Assembly (NCBI RefSeq): GCF_024298765.1
Contig: NZ_CP101210.1
Source of the DNA: Escherichia coli
GTDB taxonomy: Bacteria; Pseudomonadota; Gammaproteobacteria; Enterobacterales; Enterobacteriaceae
Strand: one strand, 5' to 3'
Length of the DNA stretch: 64,000 nucleotides
A program made the position numbers and the translations under genes. Shown piece by piece: positions 1 to 10,173 of this stretch (positions are counted from its first letter, which is position 1; each line of letters starts with the position of its first letter). A model generated the notes under the pieces. It did no database searches and had not been told where the DNA came from. It saw only the letters and a program-made list of their open reading frames with translations.

Positions 1-1539
1 CGCGTTCGCGCGCCAGCAACATCGAGGTACGCAGTGCGTGCCAGGTGATGGTATAGAAATAGAGATTGGTGAAATCGAGTGCTTCCGGCGATCCATAAGC
101 GATGCCTTCTCGCGCCAGATAACCGTGTAAATTCATCTGCCCCAGTCCGATGGCGTGTGAGGCGGCATTTCCGGCTTCGATGGACGGCACGCTGCGGATA
201 TGACTCATATCTGACACCGCCGTTAAACCGCGCACGGCAGTCTCTACCGTGCGGGCAAAGTCGGGGGAATCCATGGTGTGGGCAATATTCAACGAACCTA
301 AATTGCAGGAAATATCATGGCCTGTGCGGGCATAGTCGAGATTCTCGTCATACTCTGAGGCGCTGTTAACCTGCAAAATTTCTGAGCAGAGATTGCTCAT
401 ATTTATGCGCCCGGCGATAGGGTTAGCACGGTTAACCGTGTCTTCATACATGATGTAGGGATAGCCGGACTCAAACTGGATTTCTGCCAGTCGCTGGAAG
501 AAATCACGGGCGTTGATGTATTTTTTGCGGATGCGTTCATTGGCAACCAGTTCGGCATAGTGTTCACTGATGGCGACATCGGCAAATGGCTTGCCATAAA
601 CTCGCTCTATGTCATAGGGCGAAAACAGCGCCATCTGCGCATTCTCTTTTGCCAGATGGAAAGTGATATCCGGGATCACCACGCCCAGCGACAGTGTTTT
701 AATGCGGATTTTCTCGTCGGCATTTTCCCGTTTCGTATCGAGAAAACGCAGAATATCGGGATGATGGGCATGTAAATAGACTGCGCCAGCACCCTGACGC
801 GCGCCGAGCTGGTTGGCATAGGAAAATGCGTCTTCCAGCATTTTCATCACCGGAATCACGCCAGAAGATTGATTTTCAATACGTTTAATTGGCGCGCCCG
901 CTTCCCGCAGATTCGACAGCAAAAATGCAACGCCGCCGCCGCGTTTCGACAGTTGCAGTGCGGAATTTACTGCCCGGCCAATCGACTCCATATTGTCTTC
1001 AATACGCAGCAAAAAACAGGAAACCAGTTCGCCGCGCTGCTGCTTACCACAGTTGAGGAATGTCGGTGTTGCAGGCTGAAAGCGTCCTGACAGCATCTCA
1101 TCGGTCAGTTGCGTCGCCAGTGTTTCATCGCCTTGTGCCAGCGTCAGCGCCACCATCGTGACTCGATCGGCAAAATCTTCCAGATAACGTTTACCGTCGA
1201 ATGTCTTCAACGTATAGCTGGTGTAAAACTTCCATGCTCCGAGGAATGTCTGAAAACGAAAACCGCTGGCGTGTGCGTGGGCAAACAGCGTAATGACAAA
1301 GTCGCGAGAGTACCGATTAAGAACGCTTTCATCATAGTAACCTTCGTTGACCAGCCAGTTCAGGCGCTGCTGTTGGCTACTGAAGGTCACACTGTTCGGA
1401 CGCACATGCGTCGTCATAAAGGCGTCTACTGCCTGGCGATCTTTATCGAACTGAATGCGACCTGCGCTATCGTAAAGGTTAAGCATCGCATTCAGCGCGT
1501 GGTAATCCATAGTTTCCTGCGTCAGGCGTTCTGCGGTTG
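1..1539 (-). CDS. nrdE: Class Ib ribonucleotide reductase alpha subunit NrdE, 5' portion only (gene runs off the window start)
   Basis: Reverse complement at 1539 reads TTG-GCA-ACG-ACA-ACC-GCA-GAA-CGC-CTG = (M)[20 protein letters not shown], the recalled NrdE N-terminus; no stop before the window edge, so absent from the ORF track. Confidence 0.8.
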
Positions 1540-1932
1540 TCGTTGCCAAAATTCGGTTACTCCTTTACGAACGTTTTCGATATCGCTTTGCGTACCCATG
1601 AGTTCAAAGCGGTACAGCCATGGCACGCCGCATTTCCGGGCAATCACATCTCCGGCGCGGCCATATGCCTCACCAAAGTTGCGATTACCCGAAGCAATAA
1701 CGCCGCGCAGCAACGCCCGGTTATGCTCGTCGTTTAAAAAGCGAATGACCTGTCGTGGCACCGCGCCAGCCGTACCGCCGCCGCCGTAAGAGGGCACGAT
1801 CAGGATGTAAGGCTCGTCTACCTGAATCCGTTCCCGCTCATTGAGCGGGATGCGCACCGCGGGTAGCCCTAAACGTTCGATAAAACGCTGCGTATTTTCG
1901 GAGCTGCTGGAAAAGTAGACGAGCTGGCTCAT
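1522..1932 (-). CDS. nrdI: NrdI flavodoxin-like protein of the class Ib RNR operon
   Basis: 136-aa [28 protein letters not shown]...; position between nrdH and nrdE. Confidence 0.9.
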
Positions 1933-2174
1933 GCACTGGCAGCGTGTGGCGCTGGATGCAGACGATTGATCATGTCCGGGCGGAAACCAGACCAGCTAAG
2001 ATCGCCTGCAATCACAACCGGCAACTGACGAAAGCCCTGAGCACGCAGCGCTTCCGCCGCTTCAGGAACGCGATCGACATTAATCATTTCAAAGTCAAAG
2101 CCCCGGTTTTCCATCGCCCGTTTGGTGGCGTGGCACTGAACGCAATCGTTACGAGTGTAAATAGTAATGCGCAT
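1929..2174 (-). CDS. nrdH: NrdH glutaredoxin-like redoxin
   Basis: 81-aa ORF with CVQC redox motif ([21 protein letters not shown]...); overlaps nrdI start. Confidence 0.9.
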
Positions 2175-2366
2175 GATTCGTATTTCCGTTTAAAATGAAG
2201 ATACGGCGCGATGATACGCGTCGGGTTGTCTCTCTGTTGATACAGAGATACTAGATGTAGTTGAAAAAAGATTCAACCATACAATATATAGCAAATAGTG
2301 GTCGAAATTACCCTGGGTATAAGCGTGACGGGGTAGGGGGATTTTTGTGATTCACCAGGCAAAAAG

Positions 2367-2392
2367 AAACCCCGAAGCCAGGCTTCGGGGTC
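2367..2392. terminator. Rho-independent-type hairpin between ygaM and the nrdH promoter region
   Basis: aaaccccgaagccaggcttcggggt inverted repeat flanked by A/T runs. Confidence 0.5.
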
Positions 2393-2421
2393 AAAGACGC
2401 GTATTTATTATCATTATTGCA

Positions 2422-2763
2422 CTACGATTTGCGCATGCTTAACAGTGCGCCGATAAAAATACCTACCGCAGCTGCTGTACCCACGCTACACCAGGGTCTT
2501 TCACGAACAAAAGAATCCGCGCAGCCAACGGCATCACGCGCGGCTTGCTGGACGCGAGTACGACCATGCATTCGCGCCCTGGTTTCTTTCAGTAGAGCCT
2601 GCGCTTTACTGCGTGCGGCTTCAGCTTCCCCTTTGGCGTCGCTGCCCCAGGACTTCAATACAGATTCGAGACTATCAGCTAATTGATTGACATCATTCTG
2701 GATATCCTGCACGCCATCATCAACGTCGTTGCGGTTCGGTCGGTTAAACATATGATCCCCCAT
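2422..2763 (-). CDS. ygaM: YgaM, ElaB-family (DUF883) membrane-anchored protein
   Basis: 113-aa ORF with C-terminal TM segment (AAAVGIFIGALL); start may be the internal Met at 2751. Confidence 0.8.
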   Translation of the reverse strand: MGDHMFNRPNRNDVDDGVQDIQNDVNQLADSLESVLKSWGSDAKGEAEAARSKAQALLKETRARMHGRTRVQQAARDAVGCADSFVRERPWCSVGTAAAVGIFIGALLSMRKS

Positions 2764-2902
2764 TAGAATTCGATGTAATTTTCAGTGTAGACCATAATTT
2801 TCTTAACTGAGGTTCATCGCAGCTTTATGGACTTTTCTGAAAGCGTTGTGAATGCGCAATCAGGTAAGGTAGGCCCGCGGTTGATAATAACGAGGATCAA
2901 AT

Positions 2903-3247
2903 ATGTATTTACGACCAGACGAGGTGGCGCGCGTACTTGAAAAAGTCGGTTTTACTGTCGATGTGGTAACCCAGAAGGCTTATGGTTACCGCCGTGGGGA
3001 AAATTATGTCTATGTTAATCGCGAAGCGCGAATGGGACGTACCGCCCTGGTGATTCATCCAACATTAAAAGAACGTAGTTCAACACTGGCTGAACCCGCT
3101 TCCGATATTAAAACTTGCGATCATTATCAACAATTTCCGCTCTATTTAGCAGGCGAGCGACACGAGCATTACGGTATCCCGCATGGCTTTAGTTCGCGTG
3201 TTGCGCTTGAACGTTATTTGAATGGTTTATTTGGCGAAGCCAGTTAA
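2903..3247 (+). CDS. ygaC: YgaC, small conserved protein of unknown function
   Basis: 114-aa [35 protein letters not shown]...; synteny. Confidence 0.8.
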
Positions 3248-3250
3248 AGA

Positions 3251-3278
3251 CGCGACTGGCGATGCCAGTCGCGAAAAG
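3251..3278. terminator. Hairpin between convergent ygaC and alaE
   Basis: gcgactggcgatgccagtcgc inverted repeat. Confidence 0.4.
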
Positions 3279-3283
3279 AAGGG

Positions 3284-3733
3284 TCAGGCTTTTACCTGCT
3301 GGTAACGGCTGACTTTAAACAGTCGGCGGCAATAATCGAGGAAGTAGCCATAAACCGCCCCCATCAACATCGAAACAACGATGTTTGAACTGACCGCCGC
3401 CATAATCTGATGCCAGTCTGCGCCCACCACTAACAAGATCGCCACATACACCGGTGACTGGAACGTCACATAAGCCATGATATCCGCCAGATTTTTTATC
3501 CAGCCCGACGGGCTAACTTTGCGTGCTGCGCGCATAAACAGATCGCGGTACATACCGTATGGCCATGCAATTAAGATGTTTACCGGAATCGCTACCAATC
3601 TGGAATAAAAAGACTGTTCGAAGCTCATTCCGGAGAGGAAAACTTCAATACACATGTTCACGACAGAACAGTAAACAACCATCGCGAACGTATCTGCAAC
3701 TGCATGACGCAAGCGTGACTGCGGTGAGAACAT
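3284..3733 (-). CDS. alaE: L-alanine exporter AlaE
   Basis: ORF track gives 186 aa; recalled AlaE (149 aa) begins [16 protein letters not shown], placing the start at 3733. Confidence 0.8.
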   Translation of the reverse strand: MFSPQSRLRHAVADTFAMVVYCSVVNMCIEVFLSGMSFEQSFYSRLVAIPVNILIAWPYGMYRDLFMRAARKVSPSGWIKNLADIMAYVTFQSPVYVAILLVVGADWHQIMAAVSSNIVVSMLMGAVYGYFLDYCRRLFKVSRYQQVKA

Positions 3734-4399
3734 GCTAATGCTCCTTAATAAAAGCGTAATGGGATGTGAATGGAGATGAAAGCAGTGGATCTCATTGCCA
3801 TCTGCATTTTTGCATAGCGTATATCGCTGGCTATGACTAATCAATTAGTGAAAAATTTTTATTTAATCTGTTTTTGTAGATAAAATATTCCGTAGCGGCG
3901 CGTTTTTTGCACATTGTGGATTTTTACATGCCGATATGATTTATTTTTAATTAAATCAATTGGATATGTGTTTACCTTTATTTTCACTCATGAAGGTTTG
4001 GGGGGGGGTAACGCTATAAGCGTAGAGAATTCGGTGTATGTAGTGATCGGGTCATTTTCAGCATTTTTTATGCCAGATAATGTACATTGACAGCAGAAAG
4101 CACCAGTGATAGATGTTTTCTTTTATTCTGTTGAGTTGCATTTTTATTCACTTTGGTTTTGTCGGGCTTGCGGAATTAGCGAGCAGAGAGCGCCGCTCTG
4201 TTCACCAATAACCTAAATTACTCATCAAAATGGCTAATATATAATCTTGAAATTATTCTGAGGGTTTCAGAAAATAACAGCTGAAATAATCTCGTGCAGG
4301 ACTGTAAATAGATTAAATTTTGTGGAAATATAATAAGTGATCGCTTACACTACGCGACGAAATACTTTTTTGTTTTGGCGTTAAAAGGTTTTCTTTATT

Positions 4400-4804
4400 A
4401 TGTCCGTAATGTTACAAAGTTTAAATAACATTCGCACCCTCCGTGCGATGGCTCGCGAATTCTCCATTGACGTTCTTGAAGAAATGCTCGAAAAATTCAG
4501 GGTTGTCACTAAAGAAAGACGTGAAGAAGAACAACAACAGCAGCGTGAACTGGCAGAGCGCCAGGAAAAAATTAGCACCTGGCTGGAGCTGATGAAAGCT
4601 GACGGAATTAACCCGGAAGAGTTATTGGGTAATAGCTCTGCTGCGGCACCACGCGCTGGTAAAAAACGCCAGCCGCGTCCGGCGAAATATAAATTCATCG
4701 ATGTTAACGGTGAAACTAAAACCTGGACCGGTCAGGGCCGTACACCGAAGCCAATCGCTCAGGCGCTGGCAGAAGGTAAATCTCTCGACGATTTCCTGAT
4801 CTAA
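4400..4804 (+). CDS. stpA: H-NS paralog StpA, nucleoid-associated protein
   Basis: 134-aa [36 protein letters not shown]...; preceded by a long AT-rich upstream region (3850-4390). Confidence 0.9.
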   Translation: MSVMLQSLNNIRTLRAMAREFSIDVLEEMLEKFRVVTKERREEEQQQQRELAERQEKISTWLELMKADGINPEELLGNSSAAAPRAGKKRQPRPAKYKFIDVNGETKTWTGQGRTPKPIAQALAEGKSLDDFLI

Positions 4805-4850
4805 TTACTGAGGCCGGATGTTGCTGCTATGGCGCGTCCGGCGTCGCTTC

Positions 4851-5375
4851 TCAAGCTCGTTGGTTCCACGGCATCTTATCTAACAACCTTGCCATCCCAC
4901 AAAAACCGCTAATTCCTGCAAACATTAACCCGGCACCAACAAAGCCGCTTAATAAGAAGAAACCGCTATTTACGGTATAACCTAGTATAACGCCGATTAA
5001 TATTAAACCACCCGCAGCGATCTGCACCTGGCGCATTAACGGCAAGGGTTGAGATTTATTTACCGCTACTGGTAATCCTGCTTTTTTCCAGCCATCAATC
5101 CCATCTTCGAGTAAAAAGATTTCTGCGGGGGCGGCAATCGCTGCTAATTTATCGGCGTTATTACTGGTGCGTTTACCTGCCTGGCAGTGGAATATTATTT
5201 GCTCGCGACGTAATTTAGCCGGAAGACCTGACTGTTTCAGCACGGATAATGGAGCCAGATCTGCTTCAGGAATATGTTCACGAAGATATTCATCAGCGTC
5301 ACGAATATCGATTAACTTTGCGCCGCGTGCGATTAATTCTTGTGCATCATGCGGCGAAATGGTTGTCAAAGCCAT
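4851..5375 (-). CDS. ygaP: YgaP, rhodanese-domain inner-membrane sulfurtransferase
   Basis: 174-aa ORF with rhodanese active-site region ([10 protein letters not shown]) and C-terminal TM helices. Confidence 0.85.
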   Translation of the reverse strand: MALTTISPHDAQELIARGAKLIDIRDADEYLREHIPEADLAPLSVLKQSGLPAKLRREQIIFHCQAGKRTSNNADKLAAIAAPAEIFLLEDGIDGWKKAGLPVAVNKSQPLPLMRQVQIAAGGLILIGVILGYTVNSGFFLLSGFVGAGLMFAGISGFCGMARLLDKMPWNQRA

Positions 5376-5384
5376 AGTGACTCC

Positions 5385-5684
5385 TTACGGACAATAGACA
5401 TTTTTCAGGGTGGCGATAATGGCATTTACCGCCTCATTTTTAATGGAATATAGAATGCGTTGGGCATCCCGTTGGCTGTCGATAAGCCCTTCGTCCCGCA
5501 TACGAGCGAGATGCTGTGATGTTGCAGAGGCACTTAGTCCGGTAATGCGCGTCAGCTCTCCCGCACTGGTGCCGGGGGAACCGCTAAGCATGCACAGAAT
5601 CAGCAACCGTTTAGGGTGGCTCATTGCTTTCAATAAGGCCGCTGCCTGTTCGGCACTAGCCTGTAATTGCGCGAGTTCAGTCAT
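5385..5684 (-). CDS. ygaV: YgaV, ArsR/SmtB-family transcriptional regulator
   Basis: 99-aa ORF with wHTH region (CMLSGSPGTSAGELTRITGLSASATSQHLARMRDEGL); operon with ygaP. Confidence 0.85.
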   Translation of the reverse strand: MTELAQLQASAEQAAALLKAMSHPKRLLILCMLSGSPGTSAGELTRITGLSASATSQHLARMRDEGLIDSQRDAQRILYSIKNEAVNAIIATLKNVYCP

Positions 5685-5866
5685 AGATATTTAAGTATTT
5701 TCTAAATTAAGTAAACTCTAAATTAAAAATGCAACATATACCAGCCTCAGCAGCGTAAATGAGAGTAAAAGCGTAAGCTGAAACTGGCAGGCTCCGCTAA
5801 AATTACTACGCTTAAGAGATAAAATCTCTTTTTAAACAATGAGTAATTTTCTTATAGGGAGTACAT

Positions 5867-6025
5867 ATGGGTTTCTGGAGAATCGTCATCACCATCATTC
5901 TGCCGCCGCTCGGCGTGCTGCTCGGTAAAGGGTTCGGTTGGGCGTTCATTATTAATATTCTGCTGACACTGCTTGGGTATATCCCCGGTTTGATTCACGC
6001 GTTCTGGGTGCAAACCCGCGATTAA
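5867..6025 (+). CDS. yqaE: YqaE, Pmp3/UPF0057 small membrane protein
   Basis: 52-codon ORF found by hand (MGFWRIVITIILPPLGVLLGKGFGWAFIINILLTLLGYIPGLIHAFWVQTRD); below the track's 60-aa cut-off. Confidence 0.75.
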   Translation: MGFWRIVITIILPPLGVLLGKGFGWAFIINILLTLLGYIPGLIHAFWVQTRD

Positions 6026-6108
6026 ACCTGTGTTCACCCCCGCGGCGTTAACGCGCCGCGTTCCTCTGCTACACTTTCTGAGTGTTTCCGTTAACGAATG
6101 AGGTAGCT

Positions 6109-6558
6109 ATGGGTCTGTTCAATTTTGTGAAAGATGCCGGAGAAAAACTCTGGGACGCGGTTACAGGTCAGCACGATAAAGACGATCAGGCGAAGAAGGT
6201 GCAGGAGCATCTGAACAAAACCGGTATACCTGATGCCGATAAAGTGAACATTCAAATTGCCGACGGCAAAGCGACGGTCACGGGTGACGGCTTAAGTCAG
6301 GAGGCGAAGGAGAAAATCCTTGTTGCGGTGGGGAATATTTCCGGTATTGCCAGTGTCGATGATCAGGTGAAAACGGCGACACCAGCCACTGCCAGCCAGT
6401 TTTATACCGTTAAGTCTGGCGACACTCTGAGTGCCATTTCCAAACAGGTCTACGGTAACGCTAATCTGTACAATAAAATCTTCGAAGCGAATAAACCGAT
6501 GCTAAAAAGCCCGGATAAAATTTACCCGGGGCAAGTGTTGCGTATTCCTGAAGAGTAG
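6109..6558 (+). CDS. kbp: Kbp (YgaU), BON/LysM-domain potassium-binding protein
   Basis: ATG at 6109 ([14 protein letters not shown]...); C-terminal LysM motif; the track ORF starts at an upstream GTG (6082). Confidence 0.85.
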
Positions 6559-7239
6559 TTAATTGCCAGCCATCGCCTGCTGGATAATGGGAATTGGCGT
6601 CAGTAAATGCTGGCGCATTAACTCACTGGCGCGCGCGGTATCTCGCGCCAGTACCGTCGCAGTCAGGGTCTGGTGCTGATCGTGTTTATCTTCCAGCATT
6701 TCCACCGAAAGCACTGTTCGCCGCAGCCAGATAAATCGATAACGCGTTGCCAGATCAAACAACCGTTCACGCATTTGCAGCAAATAGTAAGAACCACAGC
6801 CCGCCACAATTGCAGTATGAAACGCCTGATGACGCAGATCCCACTCATCAAGCATTTTCTCACTGGCGTCACAGGCCTCAAGCTTACTGAGCAGATGCGC
6901 CTTCGCAAGAACGTCTGCCTCCCATTCATCGCCACCGCGGGCAATCGCCAGACTCACCAGCATCGCTTCCATATTGGCGCGGGCGTCGAAAATATCGAGC
7001 AGCTCCTGCTCTGACATAGACGCCACCCGATACCCTTTTTGATTCACCACCGTGACCAGTCGTTCTGCCACCAGTTGCGAAAGCGCCTCCCGCAACGGTC
7101 CGACGCCAAGTGCATAACGCGATGTCAGCAAACTCATCCGTAATTTTTCATCCGGCTGAAAATTGCCGCGAATAATATCGTTCTTCAGCCAGCGATAGCC
7201 ATCCAGAGAGGTAATGGTCATGGTGTGACTCCTGATCAT
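6559..7239 (-). CDS. csiR: CsiR, GntR-family repressor of the csiD-lhgO-gab operon
   Basis: 226-aa ORF with N-terminal GntR HTH; sits directly downstream of gabP. Confidence 0.85.
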   Translation of the reverse strand: MIRSHTMTITSLDGYRWLKNDIIRGNFQPDEKLRMSLLTSRYALGVGPLREALSQLVAERLVTVVNQKGYRVASMSEQELLDIFDARANMEAMLVSLAIARGGDEWEADVLAKAHLLSKLEACDASEKMLDEWDLRHQAFHTAIVAGCGSYYLLQMRERLFDLATRYRFIWLRRTVLSVEMLEDKHDQHQTLTATVLARDTARASELMRQHLLTPIPIIQQAMAGN

Positions 7240-7241
7240 TA

Positions 7242-8642
7242 TCAGCGCGTATTATGAATGGGTGTTTTTTGCCACATTATCAGCTTTTTCCAGCGAGCCA
7301 TAATTGGCACGGTACAGATAATCCCAATCGCTAATAAGCCGGTGGAGAGCACTTCTAACTGTTGCGCCGGGCGGAATAGCATCACTACCAACACAAAGGT
7401 AATAAAACCGATGACCAGCCAGGTGAGCCACGGATAAAGCCACATCCGCAGGCGAATTTCGCTTCCTTCTGCTCGCAGAATTTTGCGCATCCGCAATTGT
7501 GAAACGGCGATGACTAAATAAACCAGCAGGGCGATAGCGCCGGAGCTGTCGATCAGAAATTTAAACACCTTCGCAGGCGCGTAATAGTTCACCACCACCG
7601 TTAAGAATGCCGCGCCGGTGGAGAGTAACACCGCTACGTACGGGGTTTTACTGCGGTTGATTTTACCCATTACCGCGGGAGCATCACCGCGACGGCTTAA
7701 GGAGTAGAGCATCCTGGAAGCGGTATACAGCGCCGAGTTCAGGCAACTGGTTACGGAAAGTAATATCACGCAGTCCATGATTAATTTCGCATGAGGAATA
7801 TTGAGCAATTCCAGAACCGAGCGATAAGAACCAACGGCTTTCAGCCCTGGCATATTCCACGGTATTAATGCCACAACGACAAAAATAGAACACAAATAGA
7901 AAATAGAGATACGCCAGATAACCGAGTTGGTGGCGCGGACAATATGTTTTTCCGGCGTGTCGGATTCCGCGGCGGCAATGGTGACAATTTCTGCGCCCAT
8001 AAACGAGAACATGGTGATCAACATCGCGCTTAATACCGCACCGAAGCCGTTGGGCATAAAGCCGCCGCTATCCCACAATCTTGAAATACCGCTCACGTCG
8101 GCATACGGGTAAAAACCGCTAATTGCGACTGCACCAAGGAAAATAAAGGCCAGGATAGCGATGACTTTACACAGCGCCAGCCAGAACTCAAATTCGCCGT
8201 AGTTTTTAACGCTTAATAAATTACTGCCGGTTAAGGCGAGGGTAATGACGAGGGAAAATAACCAGATGGGAATGCCTGGAACCCACGAGTGCAGGATCAT
8301 GGCGGCGATGTTGGCTTCCAGCGGGATAACCAGTACCCAAAACCACCAGTACAGCCAGCCGATGGTATAGCCCGCCCAACGGCCAATAGCTTTATCGGCA
8401 TAGGTGGAAAACGAACCGGTATCGGGCGTGGCAACTGCCATTTCCGCCAACATCCGCATAATCATAACCACCAGTAATCCGGCGAACAGATAGGCCAGTA
8501 ATACCGCCGGGCCCGCTTCGGCGATGGCGACGCTGGAACCGACAAACAGACTTGCGCCGATAACACCGGCAATAGACAACATGGTGACGTGGCGTGACTT
8601 CAGCCCGCCGCCTAACTCATGTGGTTGCGATGATTGCCCCAT
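7242..8642 (-). CDS. gabP: GABA permease GabP (APC-family amino acid transporter)
   Basis: Polytopic membrane ORF; recalled GabP N-terminus MGQSSQPHELGGGLKSRHVTM matches the internal Met, giving start 8642 (track ORF extends to 8705). Confidence 0.85.
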   Translation of the reverse strand: MGQSSQPHELGGGLKSRHVTMLSIAGVIGASLFVGSSVAIAEAGPAVLLAYLFAGLLVVMIMRMLAEMAVATPDTGSFSTYADKAIGRWAGYTIGWLYWWFWVLVIPLEANIAAMILHSWVPGIPIWLFSLVITLALTGSNLLSVKNYGEFEFWLALCKVIAILAFIFLGAVAISGFYPYADVSGISRLWDSGGFMPNGFGAVLSAMLITMFSFMGAEIVTIAAAESDTPEKHIVRATNSVIWRISIFYLCSIFVVVALIPWNMPGLKAVGSYRSVLELLNIPHAKLIMDCVILLSVTSCLNSALYTASRMLYSLSRRGDAPAVMGKINRSKTPYVAVLLSTGAAFLTVVVNYYAPAKVFKFLIDSSGAIALLVYLVIAVSQLRMRKILRAEGSEIRLRMWLYPWLTWLVIGFITFVLVVMLFRPAQQLEVLSTGLLAIGIICTVPIMARWKKLIMWQKTPIHNTR

Positions 8643-8736
8643 CCTGAATCCTCTCGAAAGTGTGTCACTTGGGAGAGCGCCCCGACATTTCCCGCGTCGG
8701 GTCACGCGTGTAATTGTTATTGGTTCTTTTTACCGG

Positions 8737-8870
8737 AGAGCGGCTCCGCCTTATCCGGCCGACATAGATTTATTCCTGTTCACGTACAGATTGTCGGATG
8801 CAGCGTAAACGCTTTATCCGACCTGGATTCGCGTAGGCCGGACAAGACGCGCAGCGTCGCCTCCGGCATG
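8737..8870. repeat. REP/BIME palindromic units in the gabT-gabP intergenic region
   Basis: Several GCCGGATG / CTTATCCGGCC / GTAGGCCGGACAAGACGC-type imperfect palindromes. Confidence 0.6.
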
Positions 8871-8879
8871 GGTACGGAT

Positions 8880-10160
8880 CTACTGCTTCGCCTCAGCAAA
8901 ACACTGGCTGATGATTTCCAGACCCTGACGGATCTGAGCGTCTTCAATGGTGAGCGGTACAAGGATGCGCAGCACGTTGTAATACGGGCCGCAGGAGAGA
9001 AGAATCAGGCCTTTATCGCGGGCACGCGCCACGATCTCGGCGGTGAGTTTGGCGTCCGGTTTGCTGTGATCGCCATCTTCAAACAGCTCGATGGCAATCA
9101 TCGCTCCCAGCCCGCGTACATCGCCGATCTCCGGGTGTTTTTCGGCTATCGCCAGCAATCCGTCTTTCAGCTTATGCCCCAGGTCGTTGGCTTTTTGCAG
9201 CAGATTTTCCTGCTCGAATACCTTTAACACTTCCAGCGCTGCCACGCAGGCAATCGGGTTACCGGCATAGGTGCCGCCCAGACCGCCTGGAGCGACGGCA
9301 TCCATCACTTCCGCGCGCCCGGTGACGCCCGCCAGCGGGAAGCCGCCCGCGATCGATTTCGCAAAGGTGGTAAGATCCGGCGCAACGTCCATCTGCTCCA
9401 TCGCAAACAGCGTGCCGGTACGCCCCGCGCCGCTCTGCACTTCATCGGCAATCAGCATGATCCCGTGCTCGTCACACAGCGCGCGTAAACGCTGCATAAA
9501 GGCTGGCGTCGCGGCGTAGAAACCGCCTTCGCCCTGAACCGGCTCAATCACGATGGCGGCGATATCTTCCGGCGCGGCGTCATTTTTGAAGATCCGGTGG
9601 ATGCTGGCGATAGCGTCATCCTCGCTTATGCCGTGCAGCGGGCAAGGATAAAGCGCGCGATAAACATGACCCGGCATCAGCCCCATGCCCGCAGAGTACG
9701 GATTCACCTTGCCGGTCAGCGCCAGCGTGTAATGCGTGCGCCCGTGATACGCACCGCTAAAGGCGATAGTACCGCTACGTTTAGTGGCGGCGCGGGCGAT
9801 TTTCACCGCGTTTTCCACCGCTTCGGAACCGGTCGTAACCAGCAGCGTTTTTTTGGCGAAATCTCCCGGCACCTTCTGATTCATAATCTCGCACAGCTCC
9901 AGATACGGTTCGTAAGCCAGCACCTGGAAGCAGGTGTGCGACAGCTTTTTCAACTGCGCTTCCACCGCCGCAACCACTTTCGGATGCAGGTGCCCGGTAT
10001 TGAGCACCGCAATGCCGCCCGCGAAATCAAGATACTCACGACCTTCAACGTCCCACACCCGGCAGTTTTCCGCGCGGTCAGCGAAAATGGGGTGAATTTG
10101 CCCAACGCCACGAGGAACTGCCTGACTACGGCGCTGCATTAACTCTTTATTGCTGCTCAT
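8880..10160 (-). CDS. gabT: 4-aminobutyrate aminotransferase GabT (PLP-dependent)
   Basis: 426-aa ORF MSSNKELMQRRSQAVPRGVGQIHPIFADRAENCRVWDVEGREYLDFAGGIAVLNTGH... Confidence 0.9.
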   Translation of the reverse strand: MSSNKELMQRRSQAVPRGVGQIHPIFADRAENCRVWDVEGREYLDFAGGIAVLNTGHLHPKVVAAVEAQLKKLSHTCFQVLAYEPYLELCEIMNQKVPGDFAKKTLLVTTGSEAVENAVKIARAATKRSGTIAFSGAYHGRTHYTLALTGKVNPYSAGMGLMPGHVYRALYPCPLHGISEDDAIASIHRIFKNDAAPEDIAAIVIEPVQGEGGFYAATPAFMQRLRALCDEHGIMLIADEVQSGAGRTGTLFAMEQMDVAPDLTTFAKSIAGGFPLAGVTGRAEVMDAVAPGGLGGTYAGNPIACVAALEVLKVFEQENLLQKANDLGHKLKDGLLAIAEKHPEIGDVRGLGAMIAIELFEDGDHSKPDAKLTAEIVARARDKGLILLSCGPYYNVLRILVPLTIEDAQIRQGLEIISQCFAEAKQ

Positions 10161-10173
10161 TCGCGTTCTCCAG

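Noticed and set aside
79-1789. Several plus-strand ORFs (79-369, 560-775, 869-1090, 1109-1789, 1537-1737) at the window start
   Set aside because: They lie antisense to or overlapping nrdE/nrdI, whose translations match known proteins; treated as spurious shadow ORFs
2175-2300. NrdR/Fur boxes upstream of nrdH
   Set aside because: AT-rich palindromic stretches are present, but I cannot match them to consensus with confidence without alignment
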